The notes: generated from the letters alone by a model not told the origin. Positions 9,786 to 20,708 are shown, counted from the first letter of the stretch. The stretch is DNA of 64,000 bases from a virus (IMGVR_UViG_2030936005_000025:160001-224000); one strand, 5' to 3'. A program made the numbers and translations.

Positions 9786-9810
9786 GTAACCAGGGAGAAC
9801 CCCTGGTTAC
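9786..9810 (-). terminator. intrinsic terminator
   Basis: gtaaccaggg-agaac-ccctggttac with minus-strand T runs. Confidence 0.7.
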
Positions 9811-9817
9811 ACTTCTG

Positions 9818-10471
9818 TTATTCAGACTCTTCTTTACGACGTTCTTCTACTTCTTCCAGTGACAGAATCTTATCGTTGATCGTTGACGATGGATCGAAGA
9901 GATTCTTAGCCAGATGTAAGTTAGTAGCCTGCCAGGTACGATGGATGTTCACACGTTCCGAGAAGGTGAGGTGAGTCAGATCATCTCGAGAACTGGTAAA
10001 CATCGTTCGGTTCAGAGTTTGTTCCTCTTTATCGAACATGACTTTACCATCGATAGAACGGTTATAGAAATAGTTATCACGACCTATCCCGTTACATGCT
10101 GCATGGAAATCGCCATCATAGCCAGAGATACGCTCTTGCTGATAGAGTTCCATCATCATCGGGTTAGCCATGATATAATCTCGCATAAAGCCAGTTGCAG
10201 ATTGCTGATACTGAACTTCAGAGAGATAACCGATTTCAAACCGTCCTACATACTGGCCGTCTTTTCCGTTAATGCGATTACTGAATTCCCACATACGACT
10301 GTCCATAAAACTTTTGTGGGCTTCTTTTACGGAGTTGAGAGTGTCTCCAAGCCATCCAGTTAAGTTGTCATACTTCTGAAACATCGAGGCCATATAGTTA
10401 TCAAATACGGCGGCGCTGTTATCAGTCATCGATCCGCTGGATGCTCTCATAAAGGCAGCTGTTACGTTCAA
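9818..10471 (-). CDS. conserved hypothetical protein (phiKZ gp59-like)
   Basis: 217 aa, TTG start with a GAGGA RBS, follows the RNAP beta-prime gene; synteny. Confidence 0.65.
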   Translation of the reverse strand: MNVTAAFMRASSGSMTDNSAAVFDNYMASMFQKYDNLTGWLGDTLNSVKEAHKSFMDSRMWEFSNRINGKDGQYVGRFEIGYLSEVQYQQSATGFMRDYIMANPMMMELYQQERISGYDGDFHAACNGIGRDNYFYNRSIDGKVMFDKEEQTLNRTMFTSSRDDLTHLTFSERVNIHRTWQATNLHLAKNLFDPSSTINDKILSLEEVEERRKEESE

Positions 10472-10473
10472 GG

Positions 10474-12066
10474 TTAATCCTCAGCGATTGGTTCGCTCAA
10501 CAATAACGAGTTAATGTTTAACAGGTTAGTTTTGGTGTGCGTACCGAAACGACTTACTTTAAAAGGTTTGTTCGGGTCTAACATCTGATGGTGACCCCAG
10601 CTACTATATGCTTCAACCTTGGACATCATATCCGGGATGAAGATCACATACATTGCATCGCCATCAAAGTCCGCACCATATTCCTTAACAGTGGTGATTG
10701 GAATACGGATGGATTTGTCATCAAGGTCTCGAGAGAACTCGACGAAGAATGCACGCGCTGATAAATATTGAATCGATGGATTTCGGCCAGCCGTTGCCAT
10801 TGCAAACTTGTTGGTTTCAATCCAGGTATAGAACTCTTCAATCAGCGGATGGCGATAGTTATTCGCTGTCTTGATGATGTCCTTCACCTTCAGAGGTGTA
10901 TACCCTTTACGATACAACCAGTTGGTCAGATGTTTATCTAGACAGGTCAAACCATACAGCCACGGTAACACAATTGTGTCAGAACGACATACGCCAGATT
11001 CACCGGTAATAATAGAACGCCCGGTCATCGGTAATTTACCCGCACCTGCATGATATCGAATCATGCCCTTCTTACCAAACAGAATGTTCTTCTGTACTTC
11101 CATGAGCGCGTCAACCAAAGGCTTCATGTTTTTACCCATGAGGTCTTCGTTTTCTGCTGCACGCACATCATCAACACCATACGTATCGGCCAGTGTGAAA
11201 TAGATCTTATCCAGATCTGTTTGTTCCTTATTCACATAGCGGTCACGTTGGTCCGATTCAACAACAGTGGTGATTTTGTTCGGCAGTGGTAAATAGTTGA
11301 AGACAGCCTTTGTCTTAAACTCCTGCCAGAACAGCGCAAAGTCAGTACGATCTTTTTCGGTGAGGTCAAGTACCTTACTGATATCTTGCTCAATTGCTGA
11401 CATCACGATCAAATCCAGATTATCAATAAAGCTGTTATAGCCAAAGTTGATATTCAGGGTTGCTCGGAAACTTTCGATCTTAGCCGCAATCTTGAATGCA
11501 TTGTTGGTTGGATCACGGAAACGTTTCTCATCGCGAATGTTCGGGTTGATCCAATATTCAACCAGGTTAACTTTCGGAGATTTGGTATTCAGCTTACTGA
11601 AGAAGATCGACCACATCGCTGGATTAATAAACCCAGAGACATACGCCGGTGTTCTCAGCCAGACTTTTGTTTCAATACGCTGAGCCAGTGGTTTAACAAC
11701 TTCACTACCACAGTTGTCACACGTAAAGCCAGAGCCGATATAAATGTTACTGCGATACTTACGACAGTTACAGCTTGCAACCGTATCGAAGTTATTGCCT
11801 TCATACTCAGTACGAAGTAACTCGATGATTGCTGCACGGTGTTCTTCGATATTGAAGTCAAAGTCATTCAGATATATCGGGGCCGTTATCGATAGATCAT
11901 GTTTAACATTGAAGTCTTCAAAATCAGGATACAGTGGGGTATAGAACTCAGGATCATCTTCACGTGGTGTGATACCACTTGCTTTAATAATCCCCTTAAA
12001 CAGTTCGCTTGGAATCATGTTCTGATCCGCGTACTTATTTAAGATGTCCGCCATCGTGTTTGACAT
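10474..12066 (-). CDS. non-virion RNA polymerase beta-prime subunit, N-terminal part (phiKZ gp55/56.1-like)
   Basis: Zn ribbon CNC...CDNC, RNPS motif and catalytic ADFDGD. Start revised to MSNTM at 12066 because the upstream extension spans a terminator. Confidence 0.93.
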   Translation of the reverse strand: MSNTMADILNKYADQNMIPSELFKGIIKASGITPREDDPEFYTPLYPDFEDFNVKHDLSITAPIYLNDFDFNIEEHRAAIIELLRTEYEGNNFDTVASCNCRKYRSNIYIGSGFTCDNCGSEVVKPLAQRIETKVWLRTPAYVSGFINPAMWSIFFSKLNTKSPKVNLVEYWINPNIRDEKRFRDPTNNAFKIAAKIESFRATLNINFGYNSFIDNLDLIVMSAIEQDISKVLDLTEKDRTDFALFWQEFKTKAVFNYLPLPNKITTVVESDQRDRYVNKEQTDLDKIYFTLADTYGVDDVRAAENEDLMGKNMKPLVDALMEVQKNILFGKKGMIRYHAGAGKLPMTGRSIITGESGVCRSDTIVLPWLYGLTCLDKHLTNWLYRKGYTPLKVKDIIKTANNYRHPLIEEFYTWIETNKFAMATAGRNPSIQYLSARAFFVEFSRDLDDKSIRIPITTVKEYGADFDGDAMYVIFIPDMMSKVEAYSSWGHHQMLDPNKPFKVSRFGTHTKTNLLNINSLLLSEPIAED

Positions 12067-12090
12067 AAAAAATAAACCCCTAAGTAAAAA

Positions 12091-12123
12091 CAAGAATAGC
12101 GGGAACGAGCCCGCTATTCTTGT
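12091..12123 (-). terminator. terminator after chimallin
   Basis: caagaatagcggg-aacgag-cccgctattcttg followed by a T run on the minus strand. Confidence 0.8.
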
Positions 12124-12159
12124 CATTTATCGTTTAACTACCTGGACCGTTAGTACTAA

Positions 12160-14088
12160 TTAGTACTGAGAGTACATGCCGTTAAAGCCACCGAAACCAG
12201 CAGCCTGTACAGACTGAGTGATCTGAGCAGTAATTGCATGGTTCAGGTAATCGTTACCGGTGTTCATGCTCCACATGGTCGCGGTGGTGGTACCAGACAG
12301 GGACAGAGTACCTGCAGTTGCCATTGCCTGCGCGAAGGTTGCGAAGAATGAGTTTTCCCACAGGAAGCGACGGTTCCAGCCATCCAGAATCACGTTTGCA
12401 CCGAACAGCTGGTTCAGACGGTTGTAGATGCTGTACTGACGGATCTTAACGTTGTCGCCACCCATAGAACCGTTGATCAGAGCTTGATACTCATTGATCG
12501 CAGATTCGTTCTGGCCGTAGTATGCATCCTGACGCAGGAACATACCATCAACTTCAGCCAGGTCAAACCACTTACCATCTTTACCTTGAGCGATACCGCT
12601 TGGCAGGATGATGTTGGTTTGTTTCAGGATGTCGTCACCGAAGGTCCACTCAGTGCGTGGGTTACGGTTCTGACCTTTGTTACCGTTCGCCTGCGCCAGC
12701 TCGCTGAACTTGCCGTTAGACAGCGCGTCGAGCATAGTGATCAGTGCACGGTGATAGGTAGAGCCAGCCGGTTTACCAACCAGAGACCACCAGAAGTCAG
12801 AGTTCGCAACGTCGCGAGTGAAGGTTGCCAGATCCAGAACGTAGACAGCCTGCGGAGCGATGTAAGTACCCAGCCAGTTGTTGACGATCTGTGCATTGGT
12901 GATGTTTTTCTCAGTGATGTACTGAGCGGTAGTGAATTGACCACCGACAGCCTGAACGATCTGAGACAGGTAGTGGTTGAAGTTACCGATGTTACCACGG
13001 TGACCCACTTCCTTACCACGGAATGCTTCTGACAGGTAACTGATGTGGTTCGCACCGATAGACGCGTACAGACCCAGCAGAGCAGTCAGCATAGAGCTGT
13101 TGTTGTTCAGGGTTTCACCAGGAACGGTCAGACCGGTAGAAACAACTGGTACCAGAGGACCAACGTTCATGCCAGGCTGACGAGCACGCGCCTGCTGGAA
13201 CTGGCTCTGAGACATCGCTTCCAGAGAAACGGTCATGTGAGCAGTTGCCACTGAACGGCTCTGAGAGCTGTTTGCAGACTGAGTACCGCCTTTGTTGGTG
13301 GTAGAGATTTTCGCCGCCAGGTTATACGGAGTTGGTACGCCATCGATGATCAGTTTGTTAACTGCTTCGATACGTGCAACCGCGGTGTCATCTTTACCGA
13401 ACAGTTTGCCATCTTTGAACGGGTTCGGGAATTCCACGCCGGCAACAGTCGCTTCCAGAGCCGCGATGTTGTACAGAGAGGTAGACCACTCTTTCAGGAT
13501 GCTGTTGCTGACATCGATAACCATGTTGTCCGCAGAGATCTGGTTTTTGATGTACGGTTCCAGGTTGCGAACGATCGGCGCCAGGATGATAACTTTGCTG
13601 GCGTTTTTGCCGTCAACGTAGGTGTACTGAGTTTTGATTTTCTCCAGCAGCTGTGGATCCATGAAGCCGGCAGCCGGTTTGGCGATTGCGCGAGCAGCTG
13701 GTTCGTTAGCCAGGTGGATAGATTCGGTCACTTCAGTAATACCGACTTTGTAGAACAGCACTGGCTGTACATAGACCGCGGTGCCGATGACAGTGTGCAG
13801 AGTCAGACCCGGCAGGTTTGGAGAAATGTCAGAAGTGATGGTGCGCACTTCTTTCGGCAGAGTCAGTTTCTGGATATCGCTGGCGGTGTTTTTGTTCAGC
13901 GTTTTGATGGTCTCTTCCAGAGACTTCATCACTTCGTTGACTTCCGCGATGTTGTTGGTAGAAGAGATCAGGTTCTGCTGACCCAGCAGAGCGAGTAACG
14001 GGTTGTTTGACATGTTGGTATTTTTACCTGCGTTGTTTGAAGAGTTGTTGCCAGAGTTGTCAGAAGAGTTGCGCTGATCAAGAGACAT
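12160..14088 (-). CDS. chmA: chimallin (phage nucleus shell protein)
   Basis: 642 aa immediately upstream of the nvRNAP beta-prime gene and near DNA polymerase, as in phiKZ gp50-54-55. GC-richer codon usage typical of a highly expressed gene; N/S-rich N-tail. Confidence 0.85.
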   Translation of the reverse strand: MSLDQRNSSDNSGNNSSNNAGKNTNMSNNPLLALLGQQNLISSTNNIAEVNEVMKSLEETIKTLNKNTASDIQKLTLPKEVRTITSDISPNLPGLTLHTVIGTAVYVQPVLFYKVGITEVTESIHLANEPAARAIAKPAAGFMDPQLLEKIKTQYTYVDGKNASKVIILAPIVRNLEPYIKNQISADNMVIDVSNSILKEWSTSLYNIAALEATVAGVEFPNPFKDGKLFGKDDTAVARIEAVNKLIIDGVPTPYNLAAKISTTNKGGTQSANSSQSRSVATAHMTVSLEAMSQSQFQQARARQPGMNVGPLVPVVSTGLTVPGETLNNNSSMLTALLGLYASIGANHISYLSEAFRGKEVGHRGNIGNFNHYLSQIVQAVGGQFTTAQYITEKNITNAQIVNNWLGTYIAPQAVYVLDLATFTRDVANSDFWWSLVGKPAGSTYHRALITMLDALSNGKFSELAQANGNKGQNRNPRTEWTFGDDILKQTNIILPSGIAQGKDGKWFDLAEVDGMFLRQDAYYGQNESAINEYQALINGSMGGDNVKIRQYSIYNRLNQLFGANVILDGWNRRFLWENSFFATFAQAMATAGTLSLSGTTTATMWSMNTGNDYLNHAITAQITQSVQAAGFGGFNGMYSQY

Positions 14089-14185
14089 GTATTCGATTCC
14101 TTTTAAACTTCGTGATATATAGATTAACGTTAATTTACATGGTGGGAGATAAGATGATTAAACATCTTGTCTACTATGCACTATA

Positions 14186-14202
14186 ATAATATAGACTTCA
14201 AA
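14186..14202 (-). promoter_or_regulatory. early-type promoter of chmA
   Basis: Minus strand TTTGAAGTCTATATTAT. Confidence 0.6.
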
Positions 14203-14359
14203 AATTATAGGAACACGTTTTTTCACAATAAATCGTATGTATACTTAAAAAATAAACGTACGACTCCCGTGTATCCTTAAGGATGACCCTTAAGAATTAG
14301 TTTACATAATATAGAAATGTTACGTAATTTTTTACGGAGCATCTCATGAGGTTTAACCA

Positions 14360-15457
14360 ATGTCCTATTTGGAACTTAATCCTGTAAGGTTCAATTATGC
14401 TGTTAAAGCATATCCCGGACTGGTGAACCTAGAACGTATAATGTCGAGGAACGATGATCGCTTCTTTAACTATATCAATCTAGGGAATCGCACCATTCCT
14501 AATCAGAACCCGTTGGTACAATTCTTACAGTCTTTCTCAGTAAACCCTGAATGGACCAACAACGAACTTATCGATCAGATCAGTACGCGGTCTCAGCAGA
14601 TTGCAAGCCTGACCGATTTAACCTCCTTATATAGTAAAGGAGAGAATCACATCGGGGCTATTTATCCTGAGTCGAATCACAACACGCTACTGGTTGTTCC
14701 ATTCGGCAGTCCCAGTCGCTCACAAATAGATGTATACTTCAGTATTCCTTTAGATGAGCTGGTTCCTTTATATCCGATCTATACCACTGATACGATTCAG
14801 CGGTGGGATATCATGGACCTTATCAATACGCAGAACTACAGAGCGGATGAAAGCTTATTCACGATTGTTAATGTAGATGTGTACGCATTGATTATCGGCT
14901 TCTGGCGTTGGTTACAACGCGGGGGTGAATGGGGTAACTCTCCACACGGTTACCTGGCTAACTTCCCATTGATGAACTGCTACACTTATCACAACGAGTT
15001 GGTTAACTTTAACTACCTCAACGGGAATGCTTCAGCGATTGATATTTCTAAAGGTAGCTTTAACCTTGAGAACTATTATACTGACCTGACAGAATACACC
15101 GAGTATAAGAATCGGTATATGCTGACAGAGAAGATGCAATCGTTCACTGAGTTTGTTCAAATCAACAAAAGAACCAACCCTAATGTCAATTTGACAAAGA
15201 TGGTCTTTCCTGACCCTTATAAGAGTTTGTTCTTTGTTCAGATGAGCTGGGTGTGGTCATTAGCAGCACTGGGGATGGTATCGAAGTACATTCGATACAA
15301 CAACATCCTGGGTACGGTGGATGGTCAGATGAGAGCACAATTGAACATGTACTTTACAAAGGTTCAGTTACAAAGTCAGCTTAACCAAATCCCGATGGCG
15401 GTGTGGAAGAAACATTTCACTGATATCTGGACTGATGTAAAAGACATAAAACCCTAA
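14360..15457 (+). CDS. conserved hypothetical protein (phiKZ gp52-like)
   Basis: 365 aa with a GAGG RBS, divergent from chmA; synteny. Confidence 0.65.
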   Translation: MSYLELNPVRFNYAVKAYPGLVNLERIMSRNDDRFFNYINLGNRTIPNQNPLVQFLQSFSVNPEWTNNELIDQISTRSQQIASLTDLTSLYSKGENHIGAIYPESNHNTLLVVPFGSPSRSQIDVYFSIPLDELVPLYPIYTTDTIQRWDIMDLINTQNYRADESLFTIVNVDVYALIIGFWRWLQRGGEWGNSPHGYLANFPLMNCYTYHNELVNFNYLNGNASAIDISKGSFNLENYYTDLTEYTEYKNRYMLTEKMQSFTEFVQINKRTNPNVNLTKMVFPDPYKSLFFVQMSWVWSLAALGMVSKYIRYNNILGTVDGQMRAQLNMYFTKVQLQSQLNQIPMAVWKKHFTDIWTDVKDIKP

Positions 15458-15465
15458 CACAACGT

Positions 15466-15495
15466 GAACTCTACCCGGATATCCGGGTAGAGTTC
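15466..15495. terminator. bidirectional terminator
   Basis: Perfect 30-nt palindrome gaactctacccggatatccgggtagagttc between convergent genes. Confidence 0.8.
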
Positions 15496-15518
15496 TAAAT
15501 TGTTTTACATAAAATTGA

Positions 15519-17597
15519 TTAGTGTTCGTCACTCACCAAGCGAGTAATAGAGTCGTTCATGAAATACAGACCTGTTGAGTTTAAGACTTCATAAACACAT
15601 TTCAGGTTTTGTTTAATCACGGTACGATAATCCACTGCTTGCTGGATCTCTTTTGGAATACCCTGGATATACTGGAGGCGTTCCATAGGGATAACGATGT
15701 TACCTAACTTGTCACGGTTAGTATCTTCGAAGTGCTTAGCGAGCTTAGCTTTAATATCTGGATCTTCAACAGAATCAATCCATTCTTTCAGCTTACTCTT
15801 AGATCCCAGGTCAACTGACATCTTCACGCCAACATAAGGAAGCTCAGGAGCTGGACCATATTTATCAGCGAACACGTTTTCCCACATCAGGTGATAGAAG
15901 AACACCGATGCTTCTGGTTTGCTGTATGATGCACGACCTTTAATTCCCTGACGAGATAACCACTTCCAGTCACCACTGTTAATGTCGGTAACGATGGTGC
16001 GTTCCAGATCACCAATCTCTTTCAAGATAACCGGTGCATCCAGTTTGGTGTTGTTCTTAATTGACTCCAGGGTATCTGTCATCAGTTTCTGTGCAAAGTC
16101 TTTAATGCTCTTTGCAATCTTCGATGATTTCAGGTGAACACCTTTTACTTCCATTTCAGGATGTTCGTATACCACACCTTCACACATCAACTTGTGAGCG
16201 TAATAGTGTTTGGACATCAATGTCGTAACGTAAGCACCAAAGTAGAATTCGTTCTTCATACCCAGCATGCGCAGGTTGCGTTTACTAACGTTCAGGTTAG
16301 CTGACAACTGTTGATGTTGATCAACAGAGATCATGCGAATGAAGTAAGTCAGAACGGCGTTCAGTTTCACCCCTTTATCACGGTCATCAGTGTAAGCTTC
16401 GATCATCTCATCAACGGTGTAGATTGAGGAGTCGGTATCCGAAGTCAACACGCAGTCACGAATAGAGGAGGTTACATCAAACAGACCAGATGGCGGAATA
16501 GCGGACTTAAAGAACATGTTCATCAAGTCTGCGTATTTCTTCTCAACATAATCGTGATGAGTGTTCAGTGCAGCGATCTCAATGAACGGTGCGTTACGTG
16601 GAAGCTTAGAAGCAGCCAACACATATTTGTCATCGTTATCTGGGGTGATGTAATCCTTAAGTTCTTTACCTTCTTCTGGTGCTTTAACCAGAGAGAACTC
16701 ATCAAAGAAAGTAGAGATCGTTTCTTTGTTGTGCTTGAACAGAGATACCAGGTCAAGGGTATAAAGGATAGATGCCAGATATAAACTATCAAGTTCACTT
16801 AAGAAGTCACGAATGATCTTCATGTACTTCGCTGAATCCCAATAACGGGATGAACAATAGATCACGCGATCCATAACGTCATCCAGCGTTGGATAGTGAA
16901 GCTTATACTTATCCATCACTGTTTGGAGTTTCTTGAGATCGGTTACCTGCATTCGCGCCATTAACGATTGTAGCGTATTCTCAGGCGTGTTGTAGAAACG
17001 GTTGCCCGCTACGAACTGTTCGTTGATTAAGTTCGCGGTAGACGTCAGACAACGACAAGTCGAGGTCAAAGAAGTATGACCAGTCTTGTTATTGATCGGT
17101 GTACCTTCGGATGACATTGCACCAGACTGTGCGTTGTTAAAGATCTTAAAGGCGTTCTGTAATTCATCGTACTTACTGTAGAGATCATCGTCTCCAGCTT
17201 TATCCGCTTTCTTACGCAGTCCTTTATAGAAAGAACGGTTATCGATGAACAGACGAGTACCGATGGAGTTTACGCACTCTTCTTCTTCTGAGTTGGTATA
17301 CGCCACCATAGAAGGAGAGAAGTGATAGTTCTTTTGCTGTACGTGCTTCAGTACCGAAGAGAAAGGAATAACGTGCATCTCACGGTCGCCCACTTTGTTC
17401 TTTATAATAACTTTGGCACGACGTGATTCGAACTTGGCCTTGTTCTCTTTGAAGTATTTGATTAAGTTTGCTCGGATCTCAGATTCATCTTCACCGCGAG
17501 TCTTTGCCAGAAACGATGCATGTTGGTTGATTGCATGTTTCAGTATATTGCGGTCGCTGCTGTATTCCTCTGAGAGAAATGGACCCACTCCAGACAT
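15519..17597 (-). CDS. family B DNA polymerase, catalytic part (phiKZ gp50-like)
   Basis: Motif C SDTDS, KxxxNxxxG-type motif B (KIFNNAQSG), KNEF and KGVHLKSS. Confidence 0.9.
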   Translation of the reverse strand: MSGVGPFLSEEYSSDRNILKHAINQHASFLAKTRGEDESEIRANLIKYFKENKAKFESRRAKVIIKNKVGDREMHVIPFSSVLKHVQQKNYHFSPSMVAYTNSEEEECVNSIGTRLFIDNRSFYKGLRKKADKAGDDDLYSKYDELQNAFKIFNNAQSGAMSSEGTPINNKTGHTSLTSTCRCLTSTANLINEQFVAGNRFYNTPENTLQSLMARMQVTDLKKLQTVMDKYKLHYPTLDDVMDRVIYCSSRYWDSAKYMKIIRDFLSELDSLYLASILYTLDLVSLFKHNKETISTFFDEFSLVKAPEEGKELKDYITPDNDDKYVLAASKLPRNAPFIEIAALNTHHDYVEKKYADLMNMFFKSAIPPSGLFDVTSSIRDCVLTSDTDSSIYTVDEMIEAYTDDRDKGVKLNAVLTYFIRMISVDQHQQLSANLNVSKRNLRMLGMKNEFYFGAYVTTLMSKHYYAHKLMCEGVVYEHPEMEVKGVHLKSSKIAKSIKDFAQKLMTDTLESIKNNTKLDAPVILKEIGDLERTIVTDINSGDWKWLSRQGIKGRASYSKPEASVFFYHLMWENVFADKYGPAPELPYVGVKMSVDLGSKSKLKEWIDSVEDPDIKAKLAKHFEDTNRDKLGNIVIPMERLQYIQGIPKEIQQAVDYRTVIKQNLKCVYEVLNSTGLYFMNDSITRLVSDEH

Positions 17598-17687
17598 CTC
17601 GATTCCCTCATTAAGAGAAAAAAAAATAATTAGGTAAACATATTACCAGACCTACCAAATGGTAGGCCCAGTAATAGGATAATATTT

Positions 17688-18110
17688 TTATTGGTCATCG
17701 ATTTTGAGTGTGTAATTCACATTCAAACTGTTCAGACAATCAATCAATGGCGCACGCTGCCATTCTTGGAAGTTCTGAATAATGACAGTGGCATTACGCG
17801 TGGTAATGGTTGTCAGTGAGTCAGTGTTGATCCAAGGGAAACCAATCGCGATGAGATCGGATTTGGTCTTATCCAACTGAAGGATGAAGTAGTTATAGAT
17901 ATCGGGACTATTGACATTATCCACCTTATCCTTGAAGAACGGATAGAAGTTAGCGTGTTTAACGTCAATAGAGGGATCGACAAGTTTGGCAAGGTTATAC
18001 GGCACAACGCCGGAAACCAATGCTGCTTTGTACTGATCCCCAAAGATTCCCGGTGTGATCATATCAAAATTGATGATGTCATCTTTCTTGATAAGGTTGA
18101 TATCGGTCAT
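17688..18110 (-). CDS. conserved hypothetical protein (phiKZ gp49-like)
   Basis: 140 aa upstream of DNA polymerase; synteny. Confidence 0.6.
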   Translation of the reverse strand: MTDINLIKKDDIINFDMITPGIFGDQYKAALVSGVVPYNLAKLVDPSIDVKHANFYPFFKDKVDNVNSPDIYNYFILQLDKTKSDLIAIGFPWINTDSLTTITTRNATVIIQNFQEWQRAPLIDCLNSLNVNYTLKIDDQ

Positions 18111-18781
18111 CGGTCATAAACCTCAAGCAAAATAAGTGGGAAGGTTATCAAAGTATCCCCGTGCTTTGCTTTTGATCCTGGGATGTCCATGATGGTAATA
18201 TCTTTCATGTATTCCCGAGGCAAGACGTTCTCGTTGATCTCATTGAACAAGAAATTATTGATTCCATCGAGATCACTTGACAGATGACTTTCTATCCAGC
18301 TACGCAAGAAGTTAGCAAACTGTTCTGCGTCAAGTTCAGCGCCATTGATGAGTCGATATTTACAATCGCTAGTGAATGTGACTTCCTGCATATCACCGGT
18401 AACGATACGATCAATGAATGACTCTGTATACTCAACCAATTCGTCGTCATTTGTTCCTGTGAGACAATCTACAAGCGTATCCAGGAGTTTAGCTAAGATC
18501 TCCGCATAGCTCATTTCCTGTCTTGGTTCTTCGTCGTCATTAAACCAAGAACTGGCATAATACATGACGGTAGTTTGAACCGAAGCCAAGAACTGAACAA
18601 CAATGCGCTCTTGCCAATCTTCTAACTTTTGATTGGTACGAAGTTCTTTATAACTAGACTCAAACCCTTTAAATACATCTGACACCATTTGATCATCAAG
18701 CGGTGTGTCTTGAAGACCAAGGTGTTCTACGATACCTCCTAACAGCTTATCGTAGTCGAAGTGGTTTGCCTTTATGTACAT
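18107..18781 (-). CDS. hypothetical protein
   Basis: Acidic 224-aa ORF coupled to the next gene by ATGA overlap. Confidence 0.7.
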   Translation of the reverse strand: MYIKANHFDYDKLLGGIVEHLGLQDTPLDDQMVSDVFKGFESSYKELRTNQKLEDWQERIVVQFLASVQTTVMYYASSWFNDDEEPRQEMSYAEILAKLLDTLVDCLTGTNDDELVEYTESFIDRIVTGDMQEVTFTSDCKYRLINGAELDAEQFANFLRSWIESHLSSDLDGINNFLFNEINENVLPREYMKDITIMDIPGSKAKHGDTLITFPLILLEVYDR

Positions 18782-18784
18782 AGG

Positions 18785-19096
18785 TTACCTGCATTCAAAT
18801 TTCATATATAAACCGATGCCCGTGCCCTGTACAGTTGCTTGAATGTTTCCGTACTCACGATTGAGTCCGTCCAGGAACATCTTCAGACTCATCCAGTCAG
18901 CAGCGATACGTTCATCAATACTTGCATTGCCTGTTTCAAACCCACCTTCACACGTTGGGTCAAACAGGGCGTCATGATAAACGTTATAAGTGTTAAGTAA
19001 CATTACCACACTATTTAACAGAGATGAAAACGGTAACGCAGGGCAGGAAATATTCCAGCTATAGACAACTGGTTGTGGTTCGTCATTCATAATCAT
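18785..19096 (-). CDS. hypothetical protein
   Basis: ORF in the operon; start may be 19090. Confidence 0.65.
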   Translation of the reverse strand: MIMNDEPQPVVYSWNISCPALPFSSLLNSVVMLLNTYNVYHDALFDPTCEGGFETGNASIDERIAADWMSLKMFLDGLNREYGNIQATVQGTGIGLYMKFECR

Positions 19097-19376
19097 TAAC
19101 CTGATCCTTAATATAGAAGCGGTTGTTCTTAATATAGTAACCGTCCAAATTATCCGTATAGTTTAATTCACTAATCAGCTCATATAAAATAGGTTTGAGT
19201 TCTCTTTTAATGTCACCGTCAAATGGACTAAACCATCTGGACAACTGAGCATTAAGGATTTCCTCCCGACGATGCGAGAGGAAATCCAGAATTATTGTAA
19301 AGAGTTTCTCAGAATCCAGCTGATATCGTGTAGCCACACGAAGAATCGGAACAATGTTGCAACTGTGCAACTTCAT
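19083..19376 (-). CDS. hypothetical protein
   Basis: ORF in the operon. Confidence 0.65.
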   Translation of the reverse strand: MKLHSCNIVPILRVATRYQLDSEKLFTIILDFLSHRREEILNAQLSRWFSPFDGDIKRELKPILYELISELNYTDNLDGYYIKNNRFYIKDQVNDYE

Positions 19377-19378
19377 TC

Positions 19379-20023
19379 TTACTCCTCAGTTTTAACTACC
19401 TTCATTGCTTCCCATGCCAAACCATTCCCATTCCAGAACAGCTGACTGAAAAGCTCCTCGACATCTAACTGATGTCCGTACTTCTCTTGTAAAACCTTTT
19501 CAAACTTCACAAATTCTTTTTCTAACTCTGGCCAGAGTTCACTGTAAAACTTATCTTGCAAGGTTTGTCCGAGACCAGTGAGTTCTTCGGATTCACCCGG
19601 TTTGATTTCGTGTAGGATAAAGTTCATGTTATCCATGTATCGAACCAACTTATATTTGCAATCAGAGTCAATACCCTTTTGATAGCAAACGTAGTCACGG
19701 AACAATAACAGGAGATCATCAAACTCTTCTACTAATGCCTCACGGTCATACCAGTAAGAAAGATCTGGACTACGAACGTAACCGATGACATCGAAATAAC
19801 CTGCTTGACGAATCAGCCATTCGCGCAGACCCCAGATTAATGTGGGTTTGTCAGATTGGTTAATTAGTCGGTGAGACAGATGGAGCTTTTGTTCGAGATG
19901 TTCTTCGATGATGGAATCAAAGCTATGAAATTCGATTCTACCATTTATCGAACATGGCGTCGAGTTGTTCAATGCTTGGGTTGTCGATAACGGAGTCGCT
20001 GACATCTTCTTCTTCCGAGTCAT
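19379..20023 (-). CDS. hypothetical protein (start uncertain)
   Basis: ORF in the operon; as called it overlaps the upstream gene by ~85 nt. Confidence 0.6.
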   Translation of the reverse strand: MTRKKKMSATPLSTTQALNNSTPCSINGRIEFHSFDSIIEEHLEQKLHLSHRLINQSDKPTLIWGLREWLIRQAGYFDVIGYVRSPDLSYWYDREALVEEFDDLLLLFRDYVCYQKGIDSDCKYKLVRYMDNMNFILHEIKPGESEELTGLGQTLQDKFYSELWPELEKEFVKFEKVLQEKYGHQLDVEELFSQLFWNGNGLAWEAMKVVKTEE

Positions 20024-20420
20024 TAAGTAGTTGGTCTGACAGGTGTGCGAATGTCCCCTCCAGGTCCATAATGATTGAATGCAACTTAATATTAGTACGA
20101 GGCAACGTCCGATGAGTCAACTTATAACGCATGCGGCGATCGAAACCGGCCATGAAGAACTGCTTTTTGATATCGCGAGTTTCCACATACAGAAGTTCAT
20201 AGAACAACTGCAATGACGGTTTGTCGCTATACTTTTTCAGTTCATCAATAATAGCCTCTTCAGTCGTAGTGTTACGATTGTTGAGAATATTAACTATCAT
20301 GTCCAAAACCAGTGGGAAATAAAATGCGATTTCCTCATCAAGCTTTTTAGGATCGTCGACCGAAGAACTTAACAGAAACCCAATGTCTGTCTTTAAGGCT
20401 CGACTTTCTATATTATACAT
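19938..20420 (-). CDS. hypothetical protein
   Basis: ORF in the operon. Confidence 0.7.
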   Translation of the reverse strand: MYNIESRALKTDIGFLLSSSVDDPKKLDEEIAFYFPLVLDMIVNILNNRNTTTEEAIIDELKKYSDKPSLQLFYELLYVETRDIKKQFFMAGFDRRMRYKLTHRTLPRTNIKLHSIIMDLEGTFAHLSDQLLNDSEEEDVSDSVIDNPSIEQLDAMFDKW

Positions 20421-20429
20421 TGCTGTGCT

Positions 20430-20708
20430 CTAGTGAAGTGTGAGTTGGAATTTAAGATTACCGAGATCAGACAAAACAGCAAAGTCGGTAACGGGCACGC
20501 CGAGCAATAATGGCTCGACATAACTTTTGACGCTTTCGTAAATATACGCGTGTTCAAAAGACAGGTTTGGATCATAGAAACCTTGTGTCACCGGAAAGCC
20601 ATTTTCTTGACAGATATTTGCCAAGATAGAATGTGCTAGCCCAATGTCATTTTCGGAGACTACGTTGAGAGCAGTTCTTTCAGCTACCAGATTAAACAAA
20701 ATTTTCAT
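20430..20708 (-). CDS. hypothetical protein
   Basis: ORF following the post-PhuZ hairpin. Confidence 0.65.
   Translation of the reverse strand: MKILFNLVAERTALNVVSENDIGLAHSILANICQENGFPVTQGFYDPNLSFEHAYIYESVKSYVEPLLLGVPVTDFAVLSDLGNLKFQLTLH

Noticed and set aside
10474-17597. Intron or intein in RNAP beta-prime or DNA polymerase
   Set aside because: Both frames are continuous and of normal size, with no homing endonuclease or intein motifs, unlike the interrupted phiKZ beta-prime gene
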